Below are positions 7,912-15,989 of a DNA stretch of 32,000 nucleotides, one piece after another (the first letter of the stretch is position 1; each line of letters opens with the position of its first letter). Source of the stretch: Bdellovibrionales bacterium (GTDB taxonomy: Bacteria > Bdellovibrionota > Bdellovibrionia > Bdellovibrionales > UBA1609); assembly GCA_965247685.1 (NCBI GenBank), contig OZ252021.1, positions 1,110,001 through 1,142,000 of the forward strand, read 5' to 3'. The position numbers were made by a program, and so were the translations under genes. The notes beneath the pieces are model-generated. The model made no database searches, was not told the DNA's origin, and saw only the letters and a list, made by a program, of their open reading frames with translations.

Positions 7912-9504
7912 GTGAGTATTACTTATCTATCAAAAACTAAATTGAAACAAGGGTTTCAATGTTCTAAAAACTTATTTTTTCAAATTTACCATGCGGATCG
8001 AGCTCGTGCTTATACATCTCAAGAGCAAAGCTTGTTTCAACAGGGTCATGTGGTTCAAGTGGAAGCTCGAAAGAGATTTCCAGAAGGAATACTTATTGAT
8101 GCTCCTTATTGGGATTTCTCTTTAGCTCATCAAAAAACACAGCAGGCTTTGCAGTCGAAACCTCCTTATATTTACGAAGGTTTTTTTCAAGCTCAAAGAT
8201 TTATAGCTCGAATAGATATTTTGGAACTTAAAGATGAGGGTTGGAATATTATTGAAGTTAAATCTTCTTTAAGCGTGAAAGAGGATCATATTTTAGATCT
8301 AGCAGTTCAAAAATATATTATGGATGAGTGTGATAACCCTGTTCGTCGTTGTTATTTGCTACATTTGAATAAAGAGTGTACCTATCCAGATTTGAGTCAG
8401 CTGTTTATTCAAAAGGATGTCACTGAGCGGGTAGAAGAGATGCAACAGCAGGTATCGGAAAAAATGCTTCGCTTTAAGGAAATACTGAACAGTAAAAAAA
8501 TGCCAGATGTCGATATAGGGAATCATTGTTTTAAACCCTATCCTTGCCGTTTTATGGATCAATGTTGGAAGAATGTTCCAACTCCTAATGTATTGAACAT
8601 ACCTGCAATGGGGGAGTTGGCTTGGGAGTATTACCATAAAGGACAAATTCATCTTAAAGATGTACCAGAAGATGATTTGACTTCGAGACAGAAAGTGTTT
8701 AGGCGAGTTCATCTGAACGAGGAACCTTATATTAACAAAAAAAATATTCAAGAGGAGCTTTCGAAGTGGAAAGAACCTCTTTATTTTTTAGATTTTGAAA
8801 CTTTAGGTTCTGCGATTCCTAAATTTGACAATGTGAAGCCTTTTCAACATATTCCTTTTCAATATAGTGCTTTGCTTGTTCGAGGTTTGAGTGCTCGTTC
8901 AAAAGAAAAAGGTTCAACAAAGATAGATATTTTTCGAGATAATTGTTTAAATAATTTAAGTCAGTATTCAGATTATTTGAAGCAAAATCAGCTTTATAAA
9001 GATTGTTTTAAAGATCGAAAGTTGGTCATTGAAGAAGATCATTATTTACATTTGAACTCTTCTGATCCTCGTCGTGATCTAGCGGAAAAATTGGTTCAGT
9101 TTATAGGTCCTGAAGGGAGTGTTGTAGCTTACTATAAGGAGTTTGAATCCATGAGATTGAAGGAGTTGGCAAAATTGTTTCCTGATCTTTCAAAGGAGTT
9201 GCTTTTGGTGGAATCTCGATTGGTTGATCCTTTGCCTTTATTGAGAGAGAGTGTTTGTTTTAAAGAGTTTGGTTCTAGTTGGAGTATTAAGAGTGTAGCT
9301 CCGGTGTTGCTTGGATCGAATTGGCAATATTCGTTGCTTGGAGTTTCAGATGGTTTGATGGCACAAAGTGGATTTGAAGAGATGATGAGATTAGAAGAGA
9401 GTTCTTCGAAAAAAGAAAAATTGAAAAATGATTTAGTTTTATATTGTCGGCAAGACACATGGTGTTTGCTAGGTATTGTGAAGTGGTTGTATGATCAAAT
9501 CTAA
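7912..9504 (+). CDS. Cas4/RecB-like PD-(D/E)XK nuclease (putative 4-Cys cluster) fused to a DnaQ-like DEDDy exonuclease module; architecture matches what I recall for DUF2779 proteins
   Basis: GTG start, 530 aa. N-terminus LSKTKLKQGFQC(17)SK. Nuclease motif: D102 (RIDIL) followed by E115-V-K117 (IIEVKSS). C206-x5-C212-x5-C218 (NHCFKPYPCRFMDQCW). C-terminal half: YFLD294FE296T, VAYYKEFE (about aa 406-412) and Y511-CRQ-D515. Confidence 0.7.
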   Translation: MSITYLSKTKLKQGFQCSKNLFFQIYHADRARAYTSQEQSLFQQGHVVQVEARKRFPEGILIDAPYWDFSLAHQKTQQALQSKPPYIYEGFFQAQRFIARIDILELKDEGWNIIEVKSSLSVKEDHILDLAVQKYIMDECDNPVRRCYLLHLNKECTYPDLSQLFIQKDVTERVEEMQQQVSEKMLRFKEILNSKKMPDVDIGNHCFKPYPCRFMDQCWKNVPTPNVLNIPAMGELAWEYYHKGQIHLKDVPEDDLTSRQKVFRRVHLNEEPYINKKNIQEELSKWKEPLYFLDFETLGSAIPKFDNVKPFQHIPFQYSALLVRGLSARSKEKGSTKIDIFRDNCLNNLSQYSDYLKQNQLYKDCFKDRKLVIEEDHYLHLNSSDPRRDLAEKLVQFIGPEGSVVAYYKEFESMRLKELAKLFPDLSKELLLVESRLVDPLPLLRESVCFKEFGSSWSIKSVAPVLLGSNWQYSLLGVSDGLMAQSGFEEMMRLEESSSKKEKLKNDLVLYCRQDTWCLLGIVKWLYDQI

Positions 9505-9546
9505 AAAAAAATCCTTATCTTGTTATTTGCTCAAGTTTTTCTAATA

Positions 9547-9625
9547 CAGGCCGTGGCGCAGCTTGGTAGCGCGCTACCTTGGGGTGGTAGAGGTCGCTGG
9601 CTCAAATCCAGTCGGAGTCCGACCA
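9547..9625 (+). tRNA. tRNA-Pro (anticodon GGG) with a non-canonical acceptor stem; possibly a pseudo-tRNA
   Basis: D arm GCGC-AGCTTGGTA-GCGC; anticodon arm CTACC-TTGGGGT-GGTAG; T arm GCTGG-CTCAAAT-CCAGT (C at position 54 instead of T); 3' end CGGAGTCCG-A-CCA. The 5' acceptor CAGGCCG pairs well (6/7) only if the AG at 9616-9617 is bulged out. Total 79 nt versus the 77 expected. Confidence 0.6.
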
Positions 9626-9754
9626 TTGAATTTATAATTAACTAACTAAAATTAATTTATTTTTTGATGAAATTTTAGCAAATTTTTCTTGAAAATTATG
9701 AAAATAATGATTCAAAAATAACTAACTATTTCTTGGTTATTTTAATTAATATAA

Positions 9755-10315
9755 TAGAGGGTTTTTTTCTTATATTTGAGCTCAAAAGTGGATATTTTTT
9801 GCATATTTCTGAGTCATTGCTTGTGGTGTTTGTTCTAGACTTGCTTGAATAAAGGTGAAGGTAAGCACTTTCGCTATCTTTAAATAAACTGACATAATTT
9901 CCCTGTTTTATTAGCTAGCCTAAAAAACCTTTATTTTCAGTCACATCCCTTAATAGCTGTTCAAAGTTTTGTCAATAAAATCCTACATTAACATTATAAG
10001 TTGATATTTAGAAAAAATATTGCACACCATTGATAGTGGCAATACAAAGAAGATGTTATGGTGAAGATGAAAAGAGCAAAGGAAGAATTGGATGTTACAA
10101 ATGCGTTTGTGACTATTGATATTATTCATTCCCAGCCAATAAAAAAAGTTATTATTACTATTTCAAAGAAACAAGTCACTCTTATACAAAACAACATAGA
10201 TGATTTTCTTCATGACGAGGATGAAGAGCGTGTACGTATACAAACAAATGAAATTTACCGTCAATCTTTTCATGATCTTTCAAAAGAGATGCTTCTCAAT
10301 ACACTTCTAATTTAG
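9755..10315 (+). pseudogene. Decayed ISAs1-family (H-repeat-associated) transposase remnant with frameshifts, stops and internal deletions
   Basis: Motif comparison against the E. coli YhhI-type transposase recalled from memory. HISESLLVVFV resembles HKLSDILLLTI. DIISLFY resembles HDTIARVV. LDVTNAFVTIDIIHSQPIKKVI resembles [36 protein letters not shown]..LLNTL resembles MNEDDCKIRRGNA..INILTN. The pieces lie in different frames and span about 0.55 kb instead of about 1.1 kb. Confidence 0.45.
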
Positions 10316-10509
10316 AGGTTTATTATCGAGACGAAAATAGTAGAAAATATTTAGATATGACGATGATATAATTGTTCCAATTCAAGATAGCAGAGTAGTT
10401 TATTTTCGTGATACCTCACAAGAAGTAAATAACTTTTGAATTGCTCCTCTGGTATCTGAAGGTTTCGATGCAATTGTTTTAGTTTTTTTCCTCGATCAAG
10501 TTAGGTGGA

Positions 10510-10794
10510 ATGCTTTTACCACATAAATTTTATAAAAATGATACAATTGGTATAGTTGCTTTATCCAATCCAGTGTTTGGAACAGAAATTGCTGATTAGG
10601 TGAAAAGAGAAGTTAAAGCACTAAAAGATATGGATTTTAATATATCACTTAGTTCTACACCATTCACAAAAAACAACTACACATCTGGCACAGCAATAGA
10701 TCGATGGAAAGATTTCAAAAAGATGATCCAAGGTGATTCGACAAAGCTATTGTATGTTAAATTAAATCATTTTTTAAAGAGATTTCTGACATAA
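10510..10794 (+). pseudogene. LD-carboxypeptidase (peptidase S66, LdcA-like) N-terminal remnant with an in-frame TAG, truncated
   Basis: ATG 10510 gives MLLPHKFYKNDTIGIVALSNPVFGTEIAD, then TAG (10597-10599). It continues in the same frame as ORF 10600-10794: VKREVKALKDMDFNISLSS..NNYTSGTAIDRWKDFKKM. This matches the S66 N-terminal pattern (GDTIGIxAPSSPV .. L..LGF.v.. .. YlAGsdeeRa.DL..M). Only about 95 of about 300 aa remain. Confidence 0.55.
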
Positions 10795-10813
10795 TTAAGC
10801 GAAAGAAGAGTTT

Positions 10814-11212
10814 CTACATTCTAAAAATTCTCTGGCAACGAGATTTGATCTGACGATATTTTCTTAAAATTTTTCTAATAGGACGTCCGGCATACTTTAA
10901 GGCTCCTTGGTCAGTTGGATTATCCAAGTCTAACTGAGCTCCTTTTTCCAACAAAGACCGAATCATATCTGGTTCTTCTACAATCAGAGCAAGAGTGAGA
11001 GGGGTTTGATCTCTACTATTTCGAACACTTAAATCTTTCCCCTGAGACTGAGACAGAAGTTTTTCAAACAAATCAACATTTTTTTTGCGAATAGAGGCAT
11101 GAAGCTCGGGTTCTTCATAAACCTGAGGAAGTCGATGATTTGTCTTTTTATGCATAGAAAAAACAGGATGTGCATATCCAATAAGAATAAGAAGTAAAAG
11201 AATTGTCTTCAT
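10814..11212 (-). CDS. Small secreted ankyrin-repeat protein
   Basis: 132 aa. Signal peptide MKTILLLLILIGYAHPVFS. ANK-like units: NVDLFEKLLSQSQGKDLSVRNSRDQTPLTLALIVEEPDMIRSLLEKGAQLDLDN. Confidence 0.75.
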   Translation of the reverse strand: MKTILLLLILIGYAHPVFSMHKKTNHRLPQVYEEPELHASIRKKNVDLFEKLLSQSQGKDLSVRNSRDQTPLTLALIVEEPDMIRSLLEKGAQLDLDNPTDQGALKYAGRPIRKILRKYRQIKSRCQRIFRM

Positions 11213-11676
11213 CTTTAATTGACTTTATCTAAGAATATACTACCAGTCAAACATAACTGTACTAGGTTATTGTCTGTTTGCAAGATATTGGTAGGGGGAA
11301 GCTTGGAAAATTTTCCTAATTAGAGGGTAAGAATTAAGGTAGGAAATTGGAAGTATAATTCATGGTGGCATAGGACTTGTTTTTTAAATTGAAAAAATGG
11401 AATGTTATAAATTATATTTTTCTGACATATCTTTCATTTTTTTGTTTCCTTTTATTTTTTCTTTTTGTTCAAGCTACTTGTGGGTAATTCTTGAAAAACC
11501 TAGAAGATCTTTTTTTATTCTTTTTCTAACTGCATTTTCTCCAATCTTGATATAAAATTTTGGAAGCGGATGATATAGGACAAATGCCTCGTCAGATTCC
11601 AGCCTTTTATCCTATTTTTACAGATTTATAAATGTAAATCTTTAGTTTTCTTTCTTAAAATCCGTTTCTTACATAT

Positions 11677-12372
11677 ATGAAGAATTTAATTATTATGAAC
11701 TTTTTGTTGATGGTGATTCTAGGTTGTACCAATCAACCTATTAATGTCACTGAGATTTCTTCAATTACATCGTTCGATAGTTGCGACGAATATTGCATGA
11801 AAGACTGTCGTGAAAATTTTATTGATTCATCGGCATATAATCAATGCGTTCGCTTATCTAAGCAAGATGTGAACTTAATTAAAAGAGTTCTCAATAATAT
11901 GAAACGAGGCAGTTGGGAAAGTATTCAAGAAAGTCAGATAGCTTTGATTTCAGATATTTCTTATGAACCATGGATTAAGTATTCCTCTATCAATAGGAAA
12001 TCTACAAAGAGGATGTTTGAATGGATTGGAGAGAACGAATGGATAGGGACCTATTTGAATTCAGAAGTTTTAAAGGAGGGTCTTGCTTCTTTGAGCCATC
12101 TTCCTTATGACTCAGGAGTGATCGATGGTTTAAAAAAAGATATTTCTCAAGATAGAAAAATGACATTACTGGAGTTGGCAGCATGGGAACAGAATGAAAC
12201 TGTTTTTGAAGAAATTCATGATCTTATATTAGATGTATGCGATGATTCCAAATGTATCGTAAGAGTTTATTGCTCACAAAGCTCAGATATTGTGCTTGAA
12301 ACTGTGAATGATCTCGGTTTGACCAAGGATGTTGTTTCTGGAATAAGGTTTCACCGTGGTCTATGTTCTTAA
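11677..12372 (+). CDS. Cys-rich lipoprotein, uncharacterised family (paralog of 12489-13619)
   Basis: 231 aa. Signal plus lipobox FLLMVILG|C. Motifs are shared with the downstream gene: C-x3-C-x3-C-x12-C with SSA..QC, DVN, EWIGE, and a C-terminal VC..C....YC. Confidence 0.7.
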   Translation: MKNLIIMNFLLMVILGCTNQPINVTEISSITSFDSCDEYCMKDCRENFIDSSAYNQCVRLSKQDVNLIKRVLNNMKRGSWESIQESQIALISDISYEPWIKYSSINRKSTKRMFEWIGENEWIGTYLNSEVLKEGLASLSHLPYDSGVIDGLKKDISQDRKMTLLELAAWEQNETVFEEIHDLILDVCDDSKCIVRVYCSQSSDIVLETVNDLGLTKDVVSGIRFHRGLCS

Positions 12373-12488
12373 ATAATATAGTAATATCAATAGTTTATCT
12401 ATATTTTTAGAAATATTCAAGTTAAAATAGACCAATATCCGATAGTCTAGTTAGCGAGACATTCAACTAGTTTAAAGGAGCATTAAGT

Positions 12489-13619
12489 ATGATGAAAGTT
12501 TGGACAATTATTTTTTGTGCATTTGTACTTGTTGTTGTGAATAGCTTTGTTTCTTGTGATATTCCTGGTTATAACGCTGGTTACAACATCGGTTTATTAC
12601 CTTCTGTTTCTCCAAATACAGATGACGACGATGATGATAGAGATGAATTTTGCTATGATAGGGATTCTTGTCAAGACAGCTGTGATTATATGTTCCATCG
12701 ATCTTCTGCTCGAAGCCAATGTTATGCTCTTGATTTTGATGATGTCAATGATGTGGAAGAAGTTTTCGATATTTTATCTTCCTCTAGTATAACCAAAAGA
12801 AAGTTGGAAGACTTAGATGCGGGTGATTTGGAAAGATTTTTAGAGCTTGATGTAGAAGCTTGGTTGGTTTTGATTAATGGTTCTTCTAACAGATCTCGAA
12901 GAAGAGCTCAAAGGGCAGGATATACACAACAAGAAACTCAAGTAGTATTAGAATGGATCGGAGAAGATGATGAGATTGCCGACGCAATACTCGAATATGA
13001 CGAAGATTCGGATATTCTTTACACTTTGTTTGATAGATTAGGGAGTCTATTTGACATTGTTGGTCCTAATGGAGGGTTGGCTGTCGTATCAAATGAGGAT
13101 AGAAAAGAAGTTATACAATGGACTGATGATATGTTGGTCTTTTGTAAGAAAACCTCAGTATTCGCCGATAGTGCTGTTCTTACTGCTTGTAATCCTCGAT
13201 CGTCAGGGGAGAGTGGATCTTCTTTAAGATTATATTCAGATCCTAGTAATTTTTTATCAGGTTTTATAGGTATTCATGATGCAGCGAGAAAGCAAGATCT
13301 TGCTTTCGGTCGTGATAGTTTTGTTATATTTGCAGATAATGAAGATAATAATACTGGTGTAGAGCTTGCTCATCAATCGGCTCGCCGTTTTTGTACAGAC
13401 ATACTCAATAAAGATGAAGATGATGAAGAAGTAGGACAATGTTTACAGGCTCTTTATTGTACAATTCGATCGATTGAAGCAGGTGCTACTATCGATGATC
13501 CAGTGCCTAGCAGTATATCTTTTGATGATGATGTCTTTGATGTAATCGATAATTTTGATGGCTTAAGAGAAAACAACTGCGATCATGATAGGTTAATGGA
13601 TGAGGATAACTTCGATTAA
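12489..13619 (+). CDS. Cys-rich, highly acidic probable lipoprotein, uncharacterised family (paralog of 11677-12372)
   Basis: 376 aa. AGGAG RBS. Signal FCAFVLVVVNSFVS|C. Poly-Asp DDDDDDRDE. FCYDRDSCQDSCDYMFHRSSARSQC, DVNDV, LEWIGEDD, FC..GQCLQALYC. Confidence 0.7.
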   Translation: MMKVWTIIFCAFVLVVVNSFVSCDIPGYNAGYNIGLLPSVSPNTDDDDDDRDEFCYDRDSCQDSCDYMFHRSSARSQCYALDFDDVNDVEEVFDILSSSSITKRKLEDLDAGDLERFLELDVEAWLVLINGSSNRSRRRAQRAGYTQQETQVVLEWIGEDDEIADAILEYDEDSDILYTLFDRLGSLFDIVGPNGGLAVVSNEDRKEVIQWTDDMLVFCKKTSVFADSAVLTACNPRSSGESGSSLRLYSDPSNFLSGFIGIHDAARKQDLAFGRDSFVIFADNEDNNTGVELAHQSARRFCTDILNKDEDDEEVGQCLQALYCTIRSIEAGATIDDPVPSSISFDDDVFDVIDNFDGLRENNCDHDRLMDEDNFD

Positions 13620-13646
13620 TTTTTAAGAAGATTATTGAACAATATT

Positions 13647-13679
13647 AAAAAGGTCATAACATTTTGTTATGACCTTTTT
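13647..13679. terminator. Bidirectional rho-independent terminator between convergent genes
   Basis: Perfect hairpin aaaaaggtcataac / atttt / gttatgaccttttt: 14-bp stem with GGTCATAAC core (13652-13660) pairing GTTATGACC (13666-13674). An A-run and a T-run flank it, so it can work on either strand. Confidence 0.7.
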
Positions 13680-13706
13680 AATTATAGGTTTTACTAGAAA
13701 ATATGG

Positions 13707-14255
13707 TTATTGAACTTTAATCAGCTCCACCTTAAAGATCAAAGTGGATCCTCCAGGAATAGTTCTCATATCTTGCTCTCCGTAAGCCAGTTCACTGGGA
13801 ATGTGAAATTCATAGGTTGCTCCTTCACGCATCAGTTGAAGACCTTCCGTCCACCCTGTAATCACCTGATTCAAGGAGAAGGTTGCTGTTTTGTTTCTTT
13901 TGTAAGAACTGTCAAACTCTTTTCCATTTATGAGGGTTCCTTGATAATGCACCTCCACTATAGATTGAGTGTGAGGACTTTTCCCAGTACCTTCTTTAAT
14001 GATTTTATATTGAAGTCCAGATTTTGTCGTTTGAACTCCTTCTTTATTTTTATTACTATTTAAAAATTCTTTTTGAGCTGTCTTGTATTCCATTCTAGTA
14101 TCCTTTTTTTGATTTTGTTGTTGATTATTAGAAGTGGTAGTTTCTGGCTGTTCTGGTTTGTTGAATAAATTTCTAACAAAGTCGCACGAAATCATAAAAC
14201 TCGGTAAAGTTAAAATAAAAACATATCGAACGAATTTATAATAAAAGTTTTTCAC
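13707..14255 (-). CDS. FKBP-type peptidyl-prolyl cis-trans isomerase, probable lipoprotein
   Basis: 182 aa. Lipobox LPSFMIS|C. Canonical FKBP domain GLQYKIIKEGTGKSP..VEVHYQGTLINGKEFDSSYKR..ATFSLNQVITGWTEGLQLMREGATYEFHIPSELAYGE. Confidence 0.9.
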   Translation of the reverse strand: MKNFYYKFVRYVFILTLPSFMISCDFVRNLFNKPEQPETTTSNNQQQNQKKDTRMEYKTAQKEFLNSNKNKEGVQTTKSGLQYKIIKEGTGKSPHTQSIVEVHYQGTLINGKEFDSSYKRNKTATFSLNQVITGWTEGLQLMREGATYEFHIPSELAYGEQDMRTIPGGSTLIFKVELIKVQ

Positions 14256-14372
14256 GCTATTTCTCCTATCTTCAAGTTATTGAGCTGAAGTTAGCTTTTT
14301 TGCAAAACAGTGTCAAGGTTAGGAAAACGTATTTTTTAAAGATAGGATGTATCTCTATCTAAGTTAAATGAT

Positions 14373-14849
14373 TCATCGGGATTTCGTTTTTTTGAGTTCA
14401 TCTTTTTTCTTAAACTCTACTTTTTTCTTCTCTAATAATATTTCTCTATGGATACGATACAAAATAACATCTTCCTCAAGGTTTGAAGAGATGACGGGTG
14501 TGGAGTGTTCAATAAAATCTTCATCCAGTTTTTCATTTTTTATAATATGGACTTTGATAGCTTGATTAGACTCAACTTGGCCTTTTTCTAAAAAAATTTT
14601 AATCCTATATCTTCTTTTGCTTTGATTTGGAATCATTCCCTCAGGAGGTTTCCACACTGAGTACCCCCGGATGACTTCTGTTTCTATCTCACCACTTTCG
14701 ACATCTTCAGTTACAAGGGGATAGTTTTTCAATGTGAGTAAGGCAGACTGCCATACAATTTCATAGGGAGCTATAAAAACTCCTTGATGAGTGGTTTTAT
14801 TCATGCTCGTGCAACCCGTTAAAAGGAATAAAAAAAGAAGTAAATGCAT
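14373..14849 (-). CDS. Uncharacterised lipoprotein
   Basis: 158 aa. Signal plus lipobox MHLLLFLFLLTG|C. Lys/Glu-rich C-terminal tail. No family recognised. Confidence 0.6.
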   Translation of the reverse strand: MHLLLFLFLLTGCTSMNKTTHQGVFIAPYEIVWQSALLTLKNYPLVTEDVESGEIETEVIRGYSVWKPPEGMIPNQSKRRYRIKIFLEKGQVESNQAIKVHIIKNEKLDEDFIEHSTPVISSNLEEDVILYRIHREILLEKKKVEFKKKDELKKTKSR

Positions 14850-14921
14850 GTTGATTCCTATTCTATAAATATTTTAGACTGTTTGTCTAATAAAGAAAAA
14901 TCAGGCATATTAAATAATAAG

Positions 14922-14998
14922 GGCGGGGTAGCTCAGTTGGTTAGAGCAGTGGAATCATAATCCATGTGTCGGGGGTTCAAATCCCTCCCTCGCTACCA
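14922..14998 (+). tRNA. tRNA with anticodon CAT (elongator Met, or Ile2 if lysidine-modified), CCA encoded
   Basis: Manual cloverleaf, 77 nt: acceptor GGCGGGG/CCTCGCT; D arm GCTC-AGTTGGTTA-GAGC; anticodon arm GTGGA-ATCATAA-TCCAT; T arm GGGGG-TTCAAAT-CCCTC; A-CCA. Lacks the initiator features (no C1:A72, no 3 G:C pairs in the anticodon stem). Confidence 0.85.
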
Positions 14999-15028
14999 TT
15001 TTCCTACTCAACTTAAATCTGTAAGACG

Positions 15029-15055
15029 AAAAAAGCTATCTGTATAGCTTTTTTC
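15029..15055 (+). terminator. Rho-independent terminator downstream of tRNA-Met
   Basis: Stem AGCTAT (15034-15039), loop CTGT, stem ATAGCT (15044-15049), T-run 15050-15054. The upstream A-run extends the pairing. Confidence 0.6.
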
Positions 15056-15145
15056 TTATGGAATTTTAAGGAGGTAAAAGAAATGCTCATTCTTGATATT
15101 ACAGGATGACTCGACCAACTTCGGCGTTTGCCTACATTGGTCTCC

Positions 15146-15177
15146 GGGTTCAAATCCCTCCCTCGCTACCATTTTCC
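15146..15177 (+). repeat. Second copy of the tRNA-Met 3' end (32-bp exact direct repeat of 14973-15004); att-like scar
   Basis: gggttcaaatccctccctcgctaccattttcc occurs at 14973-15004 (T loop through CCA plus 6 nt) and again at 15146-15177. The next 5 nt match 4/5. The sequence 5' of the second copy does not fold into a tRNA. Confidence 0.85.
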
Positions 15178-15253
15178 AACTCTAACAAGCAAAAGTCTTA
15201 ACACACTCCATAAGTATTCCCCAATGTCTCAATAACTATTATATAATATAATC

Positions 15254-15955
15254 ATGAGAAGATATGTTGCTTTACTGTTATTGTGCCTTGGGAGTTATTC
15301 AAACTTCGCTTATGCCAAGGGTGTTGTTTATAAAAAGATTGAAAATATTTTTCAATTACCTGTAAGAAATCGTATAGCCGTATTTCGATCTCAACCTAAT
15401 TTTTATTTTCATCATTTGAAGCTTATGTTTTATGCAAAAGGTTCTTCCGATGAGATCAAATGGAAATCACTGATATCAATGGCTCGTCTCCATCCGAAGA
15501 AAGCGCAATCCCATATTCAACAAGCTGCTCAAAATGGAAATTGGTTTTTGAAAAATGCAGCATTAATTGCAATGGAGACTATAGACTCTAGTCAAGCTTT
15601 AGCATGGGCAGAGCAATTTTTAAATCACTCTTCCTTAGTACTAAGAACAGCTAGTGTGGAGCTTATTCGAAGGCAAAAAGCTATACAGTATAAGAATATT
15701 TTATGGCAAAAATTAAAAGATAAAAAGAACTTTAGAAATGGCAAAAGTTTATGGATTCGTTATACTATTTTACAAACCTTATCTGAGTTTTCTCAAATCG
15801 TGGATGTTCCAAGATTTAAAGGTTTACTGCAAGAAAAAGATCCACGTATTATTTCAATAGCACAAAGAGTTCTTTCTCGTCTTGCACCTTATGAATATCT
15901 TAAACGTGAAAAACAAATGATCGGTCGATCCAGTCCAAAAAGTATCGAGCTTTAA
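15254..15955 (+). CDS. Secreted HEAT/ARM-like repeat protein (function unknown)
   Basis: 233 aa. Signal peptide MRRYVALLLLCLGSYSNFAYA. Helical repeat-like segments NGNWFLKNAALIAMETID.., SSLVLRTASVELI.., DPRIISIAQRVLSRL. Confidence 0.5.
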   Translation: MRRYVALLLLCLGSYSNFAYAKGVVYKKIENIFQLPVRNRIAVFRSQPNFYFHHLKLMFYAKGSSDEIKWKSLISMARLHPKKAQSHIQQAAQNGNWFLKNAALIAMETIDSSQALAWAEQFLNHSSLVLRTASVELIRRQKAIQYKNILWQKLKDKKNFRNGKSLWIRYTILQTLSEFSQIVDVPRFKGLLQEKDPRIISIAQRVLSRLAPYEYLKREKQMIGRSSPKSIEL

Positions 15956-15989
15956 GTCAAACTTTAAGCAATTTAATAAGTAGAAAAAA

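Noticed and set aside
8359-9458. Antisense ORFs 8359-8751 and 9132-9458 opposite the DUF2779-like gene
   Set aside because: The sense ORF carries ordered catalytic motifs. The antisense translations are low-complexity and have no start context.
10058-10794. ORFs 10058-10315 and 10600-10794 as intact small genes
   Set aside because: Both read as fragments of larger known families: an ISAs1 transposase with an internal deletion, and an S66 peptidase N-terminus continuing across an in-frame TAG. They were therefore called pseudogene remnants.
13710-14565. ORFs 13710-14063 (+) and 14368-14565 (+), antisense to the FKBP and lipoprotein genes
   Set aside because: The opposite strand encodes an unmistakable FKBP domain and a lipoprotein with a lipobox. 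These are shadow ORFs.
15096-15171. Possible second full tRNA ending at the duplicated 3' segment
   Set aside because: The sequence 5' of the repeat (caggatgactcgaccaacttcggcgtttgcctacattggtctcc) provides no acceptor partner for CCTCGCT and no D or anticodon arms. Only the 3' 32 nt are tRNA-derived.
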